Assembly (NCBI GenBank): GCA_052327205.1 | Contig: CM126209.1 | Location: 33,852,001-33,916,000 of the forward strand | Direction of reading: 5' to 3' | Source: Somniosus microcephalus | Taxonomy: Eukaryota | DNA: 64,000 nt | In this document: positions 12,576 to 26,000 of the stretch, piece by piece | Layout of the letters: the number at the start of each line of letters is the position of its first letter | How positions within the stretch are numbered: the stretch's first letter is position 1 | Position numbers and translations under genes: made by a program | Notes under the pieces: generated by a model | The model's database searches: none | What the model was told of the DNA's origin: nothing | Seen by the model: the letters and a program-made list of their open reading frames with translations, nothing else

Positions 12576-15500
12576 CGAAATTTCATTTGGCACAAATCTA
12601 CAGCACAAAACTACTCATTATGTGGCACTAAATAATGAATCAGTCTCACTCCGAGAAGCCATAAGAATTGTTGATGTGGGAAGTCATATCTATGTGGAAG
12701 TGGGTACTTGCTATTGTTTGGATTAAAGTGCATTGTTGAGGCTTTCCAGGATGTAGCCAGTGCTTTACCTGGCCTGAGAGTGCTTGATATAATGGATTCA
12801 AATAGCAGGAAAATATTTCACTTCAAGGATAACATCCCATGCCTAATAAGGAACACAAAATTCGCCAAAAATGTAAAACAAAATTGCTTCTTGGAAGAAT
12901 AATTCAAAACTAACATAACGAAATAGAAGATAGCAAAGTCACCACCGGAATCAATTTTTTTTCAAGTGATTTAAGAGAGAGAGAAAAGAGAAAAAGCAAA
13001 GAAAACAAAAAAGGAGAAAAGAACAAACCAAAGAATGAAAGAATAAAAGAAACACTTCTCTCTCCAAGAAGAAAAGTACAATATTTGCATGGATTCATAT
13101 TCATTTTTTTTTTTTTAAACTAAAATTAATATTGTTTACTAACACACAACATAGCAAACCACCAGTTTACGTTCCGCCCAAATGTATATTTGCATCATCC
13201 GACATTGCAGTCCAATTGACTAGTGCTCCCGAGTTAATTTGGAATTTGGTTGCCCTTTAAAACCCATTAGGTAATAAAGCATTCAGGTGCTACAAGCAAC
13301 TTGTAGAGCACACTGAATAACGATAAGGTAAAAGGCAGCTACAATCCGTAACACAATACAGCTCTTCAGATTACATCATCAATCGTGCAAACAAAGCTAA
13401 GCATGAAAGATGGACTACAAGGTAGTAATAGGGCCGAGAAGAAAGTTGCTCGATAGCAAATACCGCAAAATGTGGGAATGAATTATGGCTAGAGCACATT
13501 TTATATATTCATACACAAATCTCCAGGACAGTGATATTGTATATCAAGAAAAGTACAGTTATCAGATAAATGTCATCCATTAAGACAAAATAGTAATGGA
13601 GGGAAGACCTATTCAACCCATTATCTTCTCATTTTTCTAATCTGGGGTTTATTTATTTTGGTTTAATGTAACTAATATGTGTAAATAATAGAAATATATG
13701 CAGAATTTCAACAACGATAAGTCCGAGTGCTATTTTTGTACTTTTACATCTGTCGGGAAATATTTGCATTTACTATATTTTCAAGTCAGTGAAACTTTTG
13801 AAGAGGATGTGTATGAGCACCCCTTTATTATAAATGATTAGCTTGGACTCTATAAAAAAAATATTCTTTTTTTTAAACTGACTTCTAGTAACATGCAAAG
13901 GAGAAAAATACTCTAATTTTTCAGAGCCTGAAGAAGTTAAAAATATGTAGCGTTCAAATGACAAGATTCAATGAAGCACCCCAAGTTAGTAACTGTACTG
14001 ATGTTAATTCAGTTCCCTGACAAAGATTTCCCAATCTGGTCATCAGCGCCTACAGTAACAGCTTGATTTTTAAATAGGACCACTGATGAGCCTCAAACAC
14101 TCACAGCCCTAATCACATATCACCAGATGAATTCAGTAAAAACTACTAAATCCACTTTTGCTCTGAACTAAGGGTAACTTGTGTAAATAGGTAATAACTC
14201 AGTACTGCACGGAAAAAATGATACAAAATGTGTCATTTTTATTATGGCAAGAATACCCCCTCCCTAATTCTTAAAGCTTTTAATTTTGTTCCTAAGTGAC
14301 ACCGCGCGCCAGGTAATTTTTCTACCTGAAAATACTGAACGCATTTGATTGTAAAATAGGGAGCATCGCTGCTTTATACACTTAAGATTTTTTAAAAAAC
14401 AGCATAAAGATAATCAGTGCATCAGCTTGATATGTGGCCCATTTGTTCAGCTTTGTTATTAAGAGTTCTCTCCGGTATTACTTACTTATAGGGTGGGGAA
14501 TAGAGAGAGGCAATAGTATTCTGTTTATTTTATTAAATAACGCTGAGTATTTATTTTTGGAATGGGTGAGGAGGGGGATCAAGATATTATTTTTTAAAAA
14601 GGCATTTTTATAATAGATGTGTCGGTTCCAACCTATATATGCCACGGGCAGTTGTGGTGATTTTTCATTATCCGGGCACTTCCCCCTGCCCAAAATGTGT
14701 CCAGCAAAAGGGAAGCATGATAAAATGGGAAATATAAAAATTATAATTGCCTATAGATAGAGCCACTGCTTTACAGTGACTGAATGTGTCAAATTCGGTT
14801 TTTATTGCACGAGACTGATTAGGGATTAGGGATCACATTCGGTGATGCTACCCATTTTTCCTGTGAAAACCACAAACCAGTGGCTCTCTCACCCCATTCT
14901 TCTTCTCTTATTGAGGTCATCTCTCCTACCCCTCGCCAGTGGAGATCATATCTATTTTTATCCCTTTGGTGGAATTGTTTTCCTTTAATTATGGTAGCCA
15001 ACAAATTACATTCAGTGGGAAACTATATAAAATAATCTTGTCATTTTTCTCTATTTAAAACTGTGTTATTTGGGATTTACATGAAGGGAAAGAGGATGTT
15101 AGAATATTAAGCTGCTGCCAGGGGAGGAAATGGAGGAAATGCCTGTAGGAAGTGGGACTGTCCATCAAACAGTGGCAGTAGGCAGGCTGTGAAGGGAAAC
15201 CCCTCCTCTTGGACCATTGCACAACACTTTACCCAGGAAACTCTAGAGTCAACCTCTGACCTTTCAAGTGTACTTAAGCGTCACATTCCAAATAAGCTGC
15301 AGTGGGAGATGTTTCACTAGGGTGGACCCTACACAGTATTCACAATCAGGAATGTGGCAGTCAAAGATTGATTGAACACTCATACTCCTTCCCCGCTTTT
15401 TAAAAAAAAGATTGGTAACCCAAGAGAAATGAAAGCTTGCCATTCACCTCTGATGTCATTAATCAAGAGGCAGGCAAAACAAACTGGAGCTGCTGCGACC

Positions 15501-18500
15501 ATCTTTCTATCCAGTCCCTTCTGCTGAATGCACCCCTATTGCGTTCATCGCAGTTCTGTGCAGCTAAAGAAAGATTGGGTCTGAAAAGTGCATTTGTGCT
15601 CAAAGTATAATAAAACAAAAGCAGCTACACAAGGGGGCTTGTCAGGCTGCCTTCCCCAGGCTAATTCTGGCAAGTCCACTGCTTTGCTTAAATTACTAGC
15701 CCTGAGCTTGGCTGTACCCAGGCATGGCTTACTGTTCCAAAGCTACTAATCGTAATGGTCTGCAACACTACATTCTCTTATTCCAAAAGTCTGCTCTCTA
15801 TTAACTCCCTAATTGCTGGGCAACTATGTACCAACCGCAATTTTAAAAGATAGATTTTTTTTTTTTAAAGCTATGAAGAGTTAAATTTTCTTCAGAAACT
15901 CTCTGAATAACACTAATTCTCTACCAACAGAAGTTGAAGGATTTCCTAAAAGGACAATATTTGAATCTGTGCTTTCATTTCAACATTTTCTTCACATTCT
16001 CGCCCACCAAAAAAACCTCTTCACACCTGAGTAAGCATTTTCTTCCAAATCTACTTTTCCTATTCTTATTTATACAGTGGTCTGCGCCCTTTCACAGTAT
16101 TATATAGCTCATTTCTGGCCAAGGTCTTGCCCTTTGTTAACTGGCCATTGTTCCCAAGGACAAGGCCTTCATTGACTGGTAAAATTCTCCTGTTCAGAAA
16201 GAGGCCTCTCCTCTCCTCCAACAAGCGATGACAGGACCACTGACACGACAGCATACCAAGACAATACTGCACGACCAGGCAGCACAAAACCTCTCCAGAA
16301 TGCTCTCACATATTTCCACGCTGTTCCAGCTGTCAGGAAAGAAAGACCACTTTCTGGCCACCCAATTGTTACAATTGTATAAGCAACCCCAAACTAAAAT
16401 CATGCTTTGGGGCCTACTATCTTCGCGAGTCATTTGGTAGAGAACTCCTGCTATTAAATGCATTTCGTACATTAAACCATTACTTGCTCAGCTGTACCAG
16501 TTCCTCGCATATTTTGGGAGCAGAAAGATTTTAGTGCGTTGCAGTGAAACAGCCACTCTTGTGGTGGCATTCTCAGCTAACACCAGCATTCTTAAGAACT
16601 TTCCCACCCAATGACTATCTAGTGAGGTAAAAAGTTTCAAAAGACAAATTCACTTCTTCCCCGTACTACTCCCAGTACGGAAATAGCTGAAAGTAGGCAC
16701 TTATATTGCTATAATTTAAAATAGTTGTGCAATTAAAAAAAAACACAGAAACATCAGAGTTAGGAAGACTTTCTCAATAGCCATCTTTTGAACCCCATAG
16801 TAATGCTAATGTATGGCAGAAAAAAATATAGGTCTCTTTTGGGGGGGGGGGGGGGGGGGGTGGTGCGGGTTGGGGAAGAGTGGCATGATGAGGCCACACT
16901 TTAATATACGGCTGGGACTCACTTGTGTTGTAAAACAGAATAATTAAGACTGCTAGATAAACATGCAGAGAACAAAAGACCACAAAAAGTAGGGAAAACA
17001 ATGAAGAAGCGGACTTACAAAAAGGTGGATTAACATGTTATCACTGCATGTTATAGTACATTAAATACTGCTGGAGAATATTTGAGTTACTCCAATTGCA
17101 GCGTGCATTCCACTGCAAACGCAGTGGCTTACTGAAAGGAGCCCTTTATCCCAATTGCTTTAGTAATTCCACCCATTTTACACATACTAGGGCCCTCTAT
17201 AAGAAGTCTTGAAGTCACACAAAAAAAAACCATTTCAGAGATTGACATTTGGGAGGTTCCTCTATTAGAGAGTGACCCATAAACATAACTTACACTGTCA
17301 GGGGTTTTTGGCTACTGCTGAACAATAAAATGAGCCACATGTGACTCTGTCAGAATATATTTAATTTGTTTTTGACTGCCCTTATTTACCCAATAAATGG
17401 GTATGTCTGTAATAGAATATGTCTGTAACAAAACCTTTACAGTTACCTGCCCAAGTTAGCTCCTAAATTAGCCAGCCTGCTGCATTTTAATACTTAAAAT
17501 GTTATTTAGTAACCTTGTAAGTTTTGGATACATCTTGCACTCTAATTCACACATTTTTTTTTGTGGAGTTAATATGGGTTGCGGTCTTAAACTCATGCAA
17601 TTTTATCAACAGTGCAGTTATTTAGATGGTTGTTACTTATTTCCGTTTGATAACATTGAGCCCGAGGGCAGAAAGGTCATGTTTTACAAAGCAGTTCCCA
17701 TTTCTTACAATGCACATATGCTTATTGAGGAGCCTTGAGCACCGTCCTTTTCAGCAAAAAAAATCAATTTGCACTTGCAGCAGTTCAGTCTAACATATAA
17801 AAGAGTTTCACAGAGTCCACAGTACAATGACTGAACTCTGTGTAGGACGTGTGTGCCAGACTGGACAAGTAGTACAAGGAAAGTTAACTGACAGGCAATG
17901 ATCGATTGGTGTTTCAGGTTGACAAATTCCAGCAGTATAAGACATCTGCCAAGCATGTGACCTGATAAATAGCAGCACCAAGGCTCAAATCCAAGTATTT
18001 ATTTCAGTATAAACTGGAAAGCATTCATGTGCGAGTAAAAAAAAGTGAGGAACAGGAAAAAAAGGGACAGTGGGACCATTTTATACATACTCAATAAAGG
18101 TTTACTTTTGTATTTTCATGGCCTTCAAAAACATATGGAAAATGACTACAGTACCTTTGTGGCTATCATTTTGCCTAGAGCGCTTAGTAACATTAATGTA
18201 GCTTCAATCAGTGAAATTACCATATTGAGTGATTAAGCAACAAATATAGTAGAGGCCTCTTAATGGGAACACCCGCACGGAGAGCAAAATGTTTCCATTA
18301 TCCAACTACAGTACTACTAAACAAATACAAAAATCTGAGTGGCAATCAAGTGCGTATTGGAAGTGTCAAAAACTAAAGTCATTAATTGATCTTTAACAGC
18401 AGGTTTACAGGATGTGAAGAGAATGTAGAACTATTTCACTGCGTTTTGTTAGAAGTGCATTTACTCAACACAATCAAAGTGAAGCCCGACCAACTCCCAT

Positions 18501-20578
18501 CGCAAAGGGTCCTAAGCACTTGCTTAAACACATTTACCTACTACAGTACTTCGGTTTATCTCTCTTGATTCAATCATGGAACAGTTACAGCTTTGCAACA
18601 GCAGGCCAAAATGTTCATACAAACCATCAGTCTCGCCATTAGAGTAGATTAGGATTAAAATCAGCCATCAAGTAAATGTTCCCTCTCAATTAACAAATAG
18701 TTTCATTGTCTGGGGTGCACTGTACCAGGTTTAAAATAATAAGTAAAAATGATGCTCAAACAGCAACATACGTGTTTAAAAGCAGGGGGGGGGGGAAGGG
18801 GGCACTTCAAAATGTTGCAGGGGGAAAATATTCTACAAAGTAGATTAAAGTTTTGGAATGATATGTACTATATTTAACACGCTTAAAAGATTTAGTTCAC
18901 GTCCATAATGATGCAAGTTCATACCACCTCAAAAATAGCAATTTTCTCTACAATGGAAATCTGCAACTTAAAACTCTGGACATGATTACTTCAACACCAA
19001 CAAGTTCTATGAGAAGTTAACATACATTATAATTAATGCTTTAACAATTCACACAGGAATGCTCAAGATTTGCTGTAAAATGTCCCGTCACACACTTAAC
19101 ATGTTTGCGTAGTTGTTGTTCAGATGCCAGTCCATACCAAATATGTATTTAAGTGAAATACAACCGTAACATAAAAACGTTCTGTAAGTTAATTATATGG
19201 GGGAATCACAGGGAGCATTTATCAAAAAATAATAAAATTTCAGCCTTAAAATGCTCATTTTTTTTGTTCTGGTGGTATGTTCAGAACATCTGGCACTAAT
19301 TTTGTTCATAGCAGGAAAAAGACAGCCCCACAGCAGTGGAATATATATACACAAATAAAAACCTCAACTTATATACATATTTTTTAAAAAACATCAGATT
19401 TGTTTTTAAATCCAACAAGAATGCGTAATATCAGACCCAAATCGCCATTTGGGTACGTTCTAAAATATCATTGAATGGAAGGCTTTTGTTACACTACCCC
19501 ACGGAGCACGAAGAGATGCCAAAACCTCAAAAGTGAGGTTTTCCTGTAAACTCAAAAGGACTGTTCAGAAAGGCTCTGTATATTCCTTTTTAAAATTAAA
19601 TAAAAATCTTCCGCTCCCTCACAAAAATCTAAATGAAAATGATTACATTCGATAACACCAACTTGCTGTCTAGGATTCTACAAATACCTATTATATCTGA
19701 AGAACACCATGCTTCTAATAATTTATTTAAATTATTTTTTTTATATACACTTCAAATGAGTAAACCTTCGGTACATCAAATTATGTGCAATCTTGGAAGT
19801 ATTAACGGACATTGTACAAGTTTTAAAGGGAAAGAATACAGGGCAGGGAGAAATTATACTACAGTATATACTACAGCAATATTTCTTTCACATTTAAAAT
19901 GCAAGGCGCTTTTATTTATATAAAGGAAATTAAAATATTTTGGTTTTCACGCTCTAACTGATGTCTGTGATAAGAGATAATTAAGAAAAAATGCAACTTT
20001 TTTTCTCCCCACCCCCCACCACCCCCCTCGACATGACAAGCATAGATATTACAAGAAAAAAAGCCCCGTTTTACATTGGGTTTTGTACATGATTTGCACA
20101 CTGTTGCATTCAAAACAGCTTCGATATTTGAGCTACATAAGCAACTCTTCAAGGTATCAGAGCACATCCCACTTAAATTTTAAAAGTACAATTTAACTAA
20201 ATGGAAGCATGGCAGTGGAATGTCGGAATTAGTCTGGCTACAGTTCTAAAATGTAAATTCTGCACTGCAATCTACGAGCGTAGAATATCCCGTACTAGGC
20301 AGCAATACAGAAAAAAATAAATCAGTATCGAGCTGGTTAAAGCAACTTTTCTAAAGAAAACCCAATGTCGTGCTGCCTGCAATTGGATTTTCCTTTTTTT
20401 GTTTCTTCTTCACAGAACAGATTCTTATGAAAGCAGCGACACAAAGGTCACAGTTTCAAGTGTTGGATAGAAGGTCGCTGCCTGAGCTGACCACCTCTTA
20501 ACCACAGTAACTGGCCTTATCTGAAGCCCATCGTGTGAAATAAAATACAAACGTGCACTGTAGCGTACAGTAACTTAC

Positions 20579-20701
20579 CCAGCTGTTTAGATTGAGGTGC
20601 CAGCAACCAAACTGATGGAGAAAGGAGAGCCCAGAGGCTAGCGTTCCTCCTTTATTGTTCCCTTCTTCCATTCCCAGCAAAATTGCATCCCTCGGGTACA
20701 T
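20579..20701 (-). CDS. TCF7L2: TCF7L2 alternative first coding exon of an N-terminally truncated (dominant-negative) isoform: MYPRDAILLGMEEGNNKGGTLASGLSFLHQFGCWHLNLNSW
   Basis: ggcATG start, 41 codons, perfect donor TGG|GTAAGT in phase 0, compatible with the SNKV exon. Resembles my recollection of a human short-isoform N-terminus (MYPRDA...LSFLHQFGCRHLNLNSW). Confidence 0.8.
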
Positions 20702-23700
20702 GCCGCTTTGTCTTCTGTTGTCTCTTAACCTCTACAACTTTCCCCCCCTTTCTCTCTTGCTTCGGTGCCGACTGCGCTTTGTTTCTTCCTGGTTTTTCTA
20801 GCGTCTTTTTTTTTTAAAGTACTAAAAAAAGATGTCTCAAAAGATCAAGAGCTTTCCAGTTCTGTGGCCTGGTGTTTTTAGAACCAACATCCTCATTCAA
20901 GTTTGCCGTTAGCAGCATCTTAGTCCCGGTGCAGTCCTATATCTGCCGTACAGCAAGCACCAAAATTTAGGGCACACTCAAACGATAACATAGATCACTG
21001 CACCAAAATGCTCACTTAGAAATGAGTAAGACCGCACACACGGGTGTAACCCCATGCATACTATTTATTTTCTTTTCAAAGCCTACAACTCTCCTAGGAT
21101 TACCAAAATGACAATGCTGCAACTCTATATGGAAAGGTATCAATAAGTGCAGGAGTGAAGAGACAAGCGTTGGTTAAGGGAGCATGATCAACAAACTGTA
21201 GCATGCAGTCACATCTGTGGGAATGTCAAATCCCTCACGCTGAACTTCTGGGGGTAGAGCTGCGAGAAAGCTCTTATTTTTTTGACACAGTGACATTATT
21301 ATATATATATCATACATATACACACTCACATACATATAAATATATAAAAAGACACCTGTGAGGTCTTGCCATCAGTCCCAGCAGGTTTTTTTTTATTATA
21401 ATAGAAAATAGGGGGGGAAAAAAGGCAAAGCACTAGACCTCACTGCAGCTTCTACTGGCTGACCTCGGCTACACACAATATACAAGAGCAGCTTTTGTAT
21501 TGCAAGGATTCTCTTTCGGAGTTGCTCTTTGCATACTGCTTCCCGTCGCTAATTGCATCCCCAAACAAAACCCTCTCCATCTCCAAATTGGGGGCAGCTC
21601 ATATGTTCCAGTAAATGCTTTTCACAATAGAAGCAAAAGTAATGAAATGTTCCCATTAACCCTCACCCCCCCTCCTAAGTATAGGTGGCATACAGCCCAC
21701 GACACCACCACCCCGCCCCCCCCCCCCGCAAAAAAACCCCAACTTTTTAAAAACAAACTTTACACGCGTACAGTTTTAAACTCGTTTAGTAGATTCTGCA
21801 GAACACTTAACACACTTCTTCCTCTCATCTATCCGTACTGCGCAAGAAAAGTGACAAGACACGAGAACAGGAGCAACAAAACAGTGTGCCGTTTTTCCCT
21901 CTTTATTTAGTGCCCTGCACTAATCTGGCCTTCGCGTGCAAAGTGTCGGCCAGAAATCTTTAAGGCCTTAATACCAAAACAAAACCTTTGAATTCCCTTT
22001 ATATGGTGCAATACAGGCGCTAACAAAGGCAATGAGGCTACAGTTTGACATGTAAAAAGCCCAACAACGAGGCAGCTAATTACATTCCCTCCCTCTATTC
22101 ACGGTGGCCACCACACTCCAGCAGCTTCCTTTGTCACACGTGCAATTTCTTAAGTAAACTGGGAGTTTGGTTGCTGATGATGGACAGTTACTAATCATTT
22201 AGCACAATGAGCGCTAAGTGTAGGCAGAAAGGATGGGCAACTTCAACACAGATTTCTTTGGGCTTGGAGGATGTGAGAAGAAAAAGGAGCGGGAGGAAAG
22301 CTCGCCACAGACGACGAAAGGTGAACACTTAAAATACCAGACCCTTTCAGCTCACATATTTACCTTGCATCTACTGAGGGGAGGGGGGAGGGCTGGGGGG
22401 AGATGTGGAGGGAAAGGCAAAAAAAAACTGTGGGAAAGAGAGAATGCAAATCAAACTTGCCAAGTCAGATCAACTTCAGCCATTACATCAAGCAAAAAAA
22501 AATCTGAATACTTCCTTTACTCAATAGTTTTAAAAAAGTTTTTTAAAATTGCAATTAAAATGAAACACATTCTAAAACACAATGCATCTAAGTCATCATA
22601 TTTGTCTATCTGAAATAACGCTTTTCAAAAGCATATTATAACATTCAGCCCTTCTTAAAATTTTCTAACTTACCATTTACACCTGCTCAAATTACGATGC
22701 TTCACACTGCCTGAATTCAAGCATGCTGCCGTTCCCGTGCTACAGCACAAATCAGCCAGCTCTTCATGATGTGGGCAGATCCACTGGAGGGCAGCACCCT
22801 ACCTGAGCCACTTACAGCCGAGATGCTGCTGAGATAGGGACACGAAGCGATTGCATCCAACTCCAGCTCTCCAGGAAAAGATGCTCAAGTTCAGGTCTAT
22901 TCAGTGAATTACCTTGCTTCATGGGAAAGAGATAATGAGATGGCAGCGCTCATTTGATCAGAACCAGCCCCAAACCACTCTTAGCAGTTCAGAAAGGAAC
23001 AAAAGAACAACAGTCGCTTGCTTACTTGAAAACATTAAAACCAGTTGCAGCCTCCTATAATGTTAAATCGGCTGGTACTTTGAAACCACAGACAAAAAAA
23101 AAAAATTTCCCCCCCTCACCCGAGGTATAAAGGCTAACCTACCGTTTATTTTGCCCACATAACCAGCTCAGTTAAACACACTCGTCGGGAAATGCCAAAC
23201 TATGCAATAATTTTGATACATCGATTCCAGGTAAAAAATAAAAATAAAAAGGCAACTTAGCAAGTTGTATATCTGCACTCTAATATTTGCCACAGTCGAA
23301 TGTGGCAAGCGGCTCCATAAAGCTTCACTGCCCACTTTTGAAGCCTGCGTTACTAACACACGCAGAATGACACCGCTGAGCGCCTTTAAAGGATACTAGG
23401 AAAAAAATGACTATTGATCTTCAAATGGTGATAATTGAAAAGATCAAAAGATTAAACAAAATCAAAAAAATGCGCTGACTTACCATGTTATGCTTTTTTT
23501 TTTGTTACAACTTGGTTGAAATTTCAGTCAAACAAGCTTCATCGGAGGTGTCAAATTTTTTGGCGGACTGTGATCGTATTACTTCCGCAGCCTTGCCTCA
23601 CAATACTTCAGAACTTTTTACCTAGCTTTGGTTTACTTTGAAAGCTGCAGCTCAGCAAACCAGCACAAATTATCTTGCCACCTTCTACAGCTCTGATGCT

Positions 23701-26000
23701 TTGGCCGCTAACTTTGGAAGGCCCTTTACTACTGCATCAAAATTAGCATTGTCAAAGCAGTTAATGAATATTAATACTGTATTTGTCATTGGAGCTGGCC
23801 TGATGCTGAACTCCGAGCCATCCATCAGGGACAAGATTAAGAACACAATTATTTCTGACTGACAGGGTCCAAATCTGCTAGACTTTTTTTTTTGCAATCT
23901 AAAAAAATAAGAGACAAAAAAAAAACAACATCTTATGGGTTCCCCCTGGGGACTAACAGTCAGATTAATACACTTTTAATGAAGTGAAGGCTATTAAGTA
24001 TGAAGAAAAAGCAAACAAGATGTACAAGTCGAACTTACAAATGCGGCAAGGTGGCTGATAAAAATTAAAAGAATGGCATATCTTTTTCGACAGCTGTCTG
24101 AAATTTTTCTTCAGAGCTTTCTGGAGTGAAGAAAGAATCTTTCTTCCCAAATCTGCATCATTTGAATAAGGAATGCACTGTTATAACCCACATGGGATAA
24201 TTGTCTCTATCTTACGTCTTAACAACATCAACTCAAAGACAGGATCCTAAATAATTCCTACACAAATATTATAATCAAGACTTCTTTAAAAGCAATCGAC
24301 AATCATGATTATTCTCTCAATTGCATTTGCATAAACCATGTTGCTAAAAATACTTACAAAAAAAATATAAAACGCTGAATAGACTTTGTGCAGACTTTAC
24401 TATAACCATAATATAGGTTACGAAAAATTATTTTGAAGGTATAAAAGGCCAAGTTAAAGCATATTTAGAAACCTTAGAGCTACTTTAACGCTGACAGTTT
24501 CCGTGGGAATTTGGAAAAGTCGTGAACATAGACAACAAAAGGCAACTTAGTTCAACTACATTTCTTTAGTTGCCTTTTATTTGCAGCTAAATATCACTAA
24601 AATTCCCTGTGTGTAAAGTCACGCTACTTGTCTTGATCTCAAGTAACAGAACTATAAACGCACAGTAAACAACTTTTGCCGTTACGCGTATTTACTTTCT
24701 CGCCACCTCCCGCAAGCTATTGCTCCCTGGATTTTGGTCAATTTGCACAAGATTTTTTTTTTTAAATCGGCTACAGAAAATGGCCTTGCCGCTCCTACAG
24801 GTTTCATAATGGGAGACAACGGAAAAGTTCAGATGCAGTTTTAAAGCACAAAGGAAGTTTGGGACTATAGTCATTTGAATTGCAAACCTAAAATGTTTAA
24901 TTTCTCAGCCACCCTTCAAGAATAATGCCGGTGCACCAAATATTGGCAAGCATAGAACTGGTCTTATCCCCCCGCTCACGGGGCTCATTTTCCTTTCTCT
25001 GCAATGTTAAACCTTTTAAAGCTATTTTATTTAAGAGGTGATTTAAGGTTGGGGAGGAGGAGGAGGAGGAGGAAAATAAAAAAAAGGAGAAAACTGACAG
25101 ATGCGACAGTTAATGCCATCTGACCAGTGAAACGAGGGGGTCTGGGTCAAGCGACTATGGCTGCCGAGCTAATCTACTGCTCTCACTGACCACCCCACTG
25201 GCTGCTCCTAATACCATTAGCAATCCTTAGATGAACATTCTAAATTGGAGTTTTGTCCTCCGATGAGCCAGTCTGACCCCGCTGCAACAACCCTGGAGCT
25301 CCATATGCAGATGGTAAATCTCCTGAAAACGCTTCTTTCAGCTTTAAGATTTTTTCCCCCCTTGCGCCCAGTCCTTTTTGTTTCATTCGATTCTCTTTGC
25401 CCTCTCTGATTTGAAATAAACACCACAAGCGCGAAAATGCACCCTTTTTTCTAGCCTGTTACTTGTACCATTCAGTTTCAGGAGTACGTCCGTCCTGATA
25501 CATTTCGAACAATCTATTGGTGTTTTTTTTTGTTTTACCGGTCTTTGGGTAAATTACTTTTACGCTGCGCGTTCTTAAGGGGGGGAAGAGAGGAAAAGAG
25601 AAAATGGAGGATGCTTGTGAAAACTGTCAGATTTGAAGCTTTCTAACCAAGTGAAGTTAGAGGCTGCGGACTCTGAAGCGGTGGGTGCAGAAAGCATTTG
25701 CCTGACAGAACATTTACGGCAGACAGCTCCCGCTACCTCTACTTACACAGCACGATCACATCAGCCCTAGTATCAAATTAACTCACTGACTTTGAAAGTT
25801 ATTGATCTGCTATTAAGACACTAGTGAACTTGATGAAATCAGTGCTGTAGGTGCAGTGAAGACTTCAAAGTCTCACACAGACACATAAAACAAGTTTCTT
25901 TGATCCTTTTTACGATCCGCAGAGGGTTTAAAGCCCAATTCTCGATGTGCTGCTCTTCACACTCGTCAGGTCTGATTTTTTTTACCAATAGACAGCTTGA
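20702..26000 (-). promoter_or_regulatory. Probable internal promoter / alternative first-exon cluster of TCF7L2
   Basis: Upstream of the MYPRD exon; raised CpG, several minus-strand donors (22363, 22673, 22802, 22912, 23483, 25214), TCF-like motifs and no transposons. Matches the position of the known intronic dnTcf7l2 promoters. Confidence 0.55.

Noticed and set aside
14600-14720. Possible Tigger-like remnants (also ~38995-39110 and ~52515-52585)
   Set aside because: Only short motif resemblance; no paired TIRs or TSD could be established.
16066-16472. Overlapping ORFs that look coding-like
   Set aside because: No recognisable protein family and no convincing splice-site pair in phase with TCF7L2.
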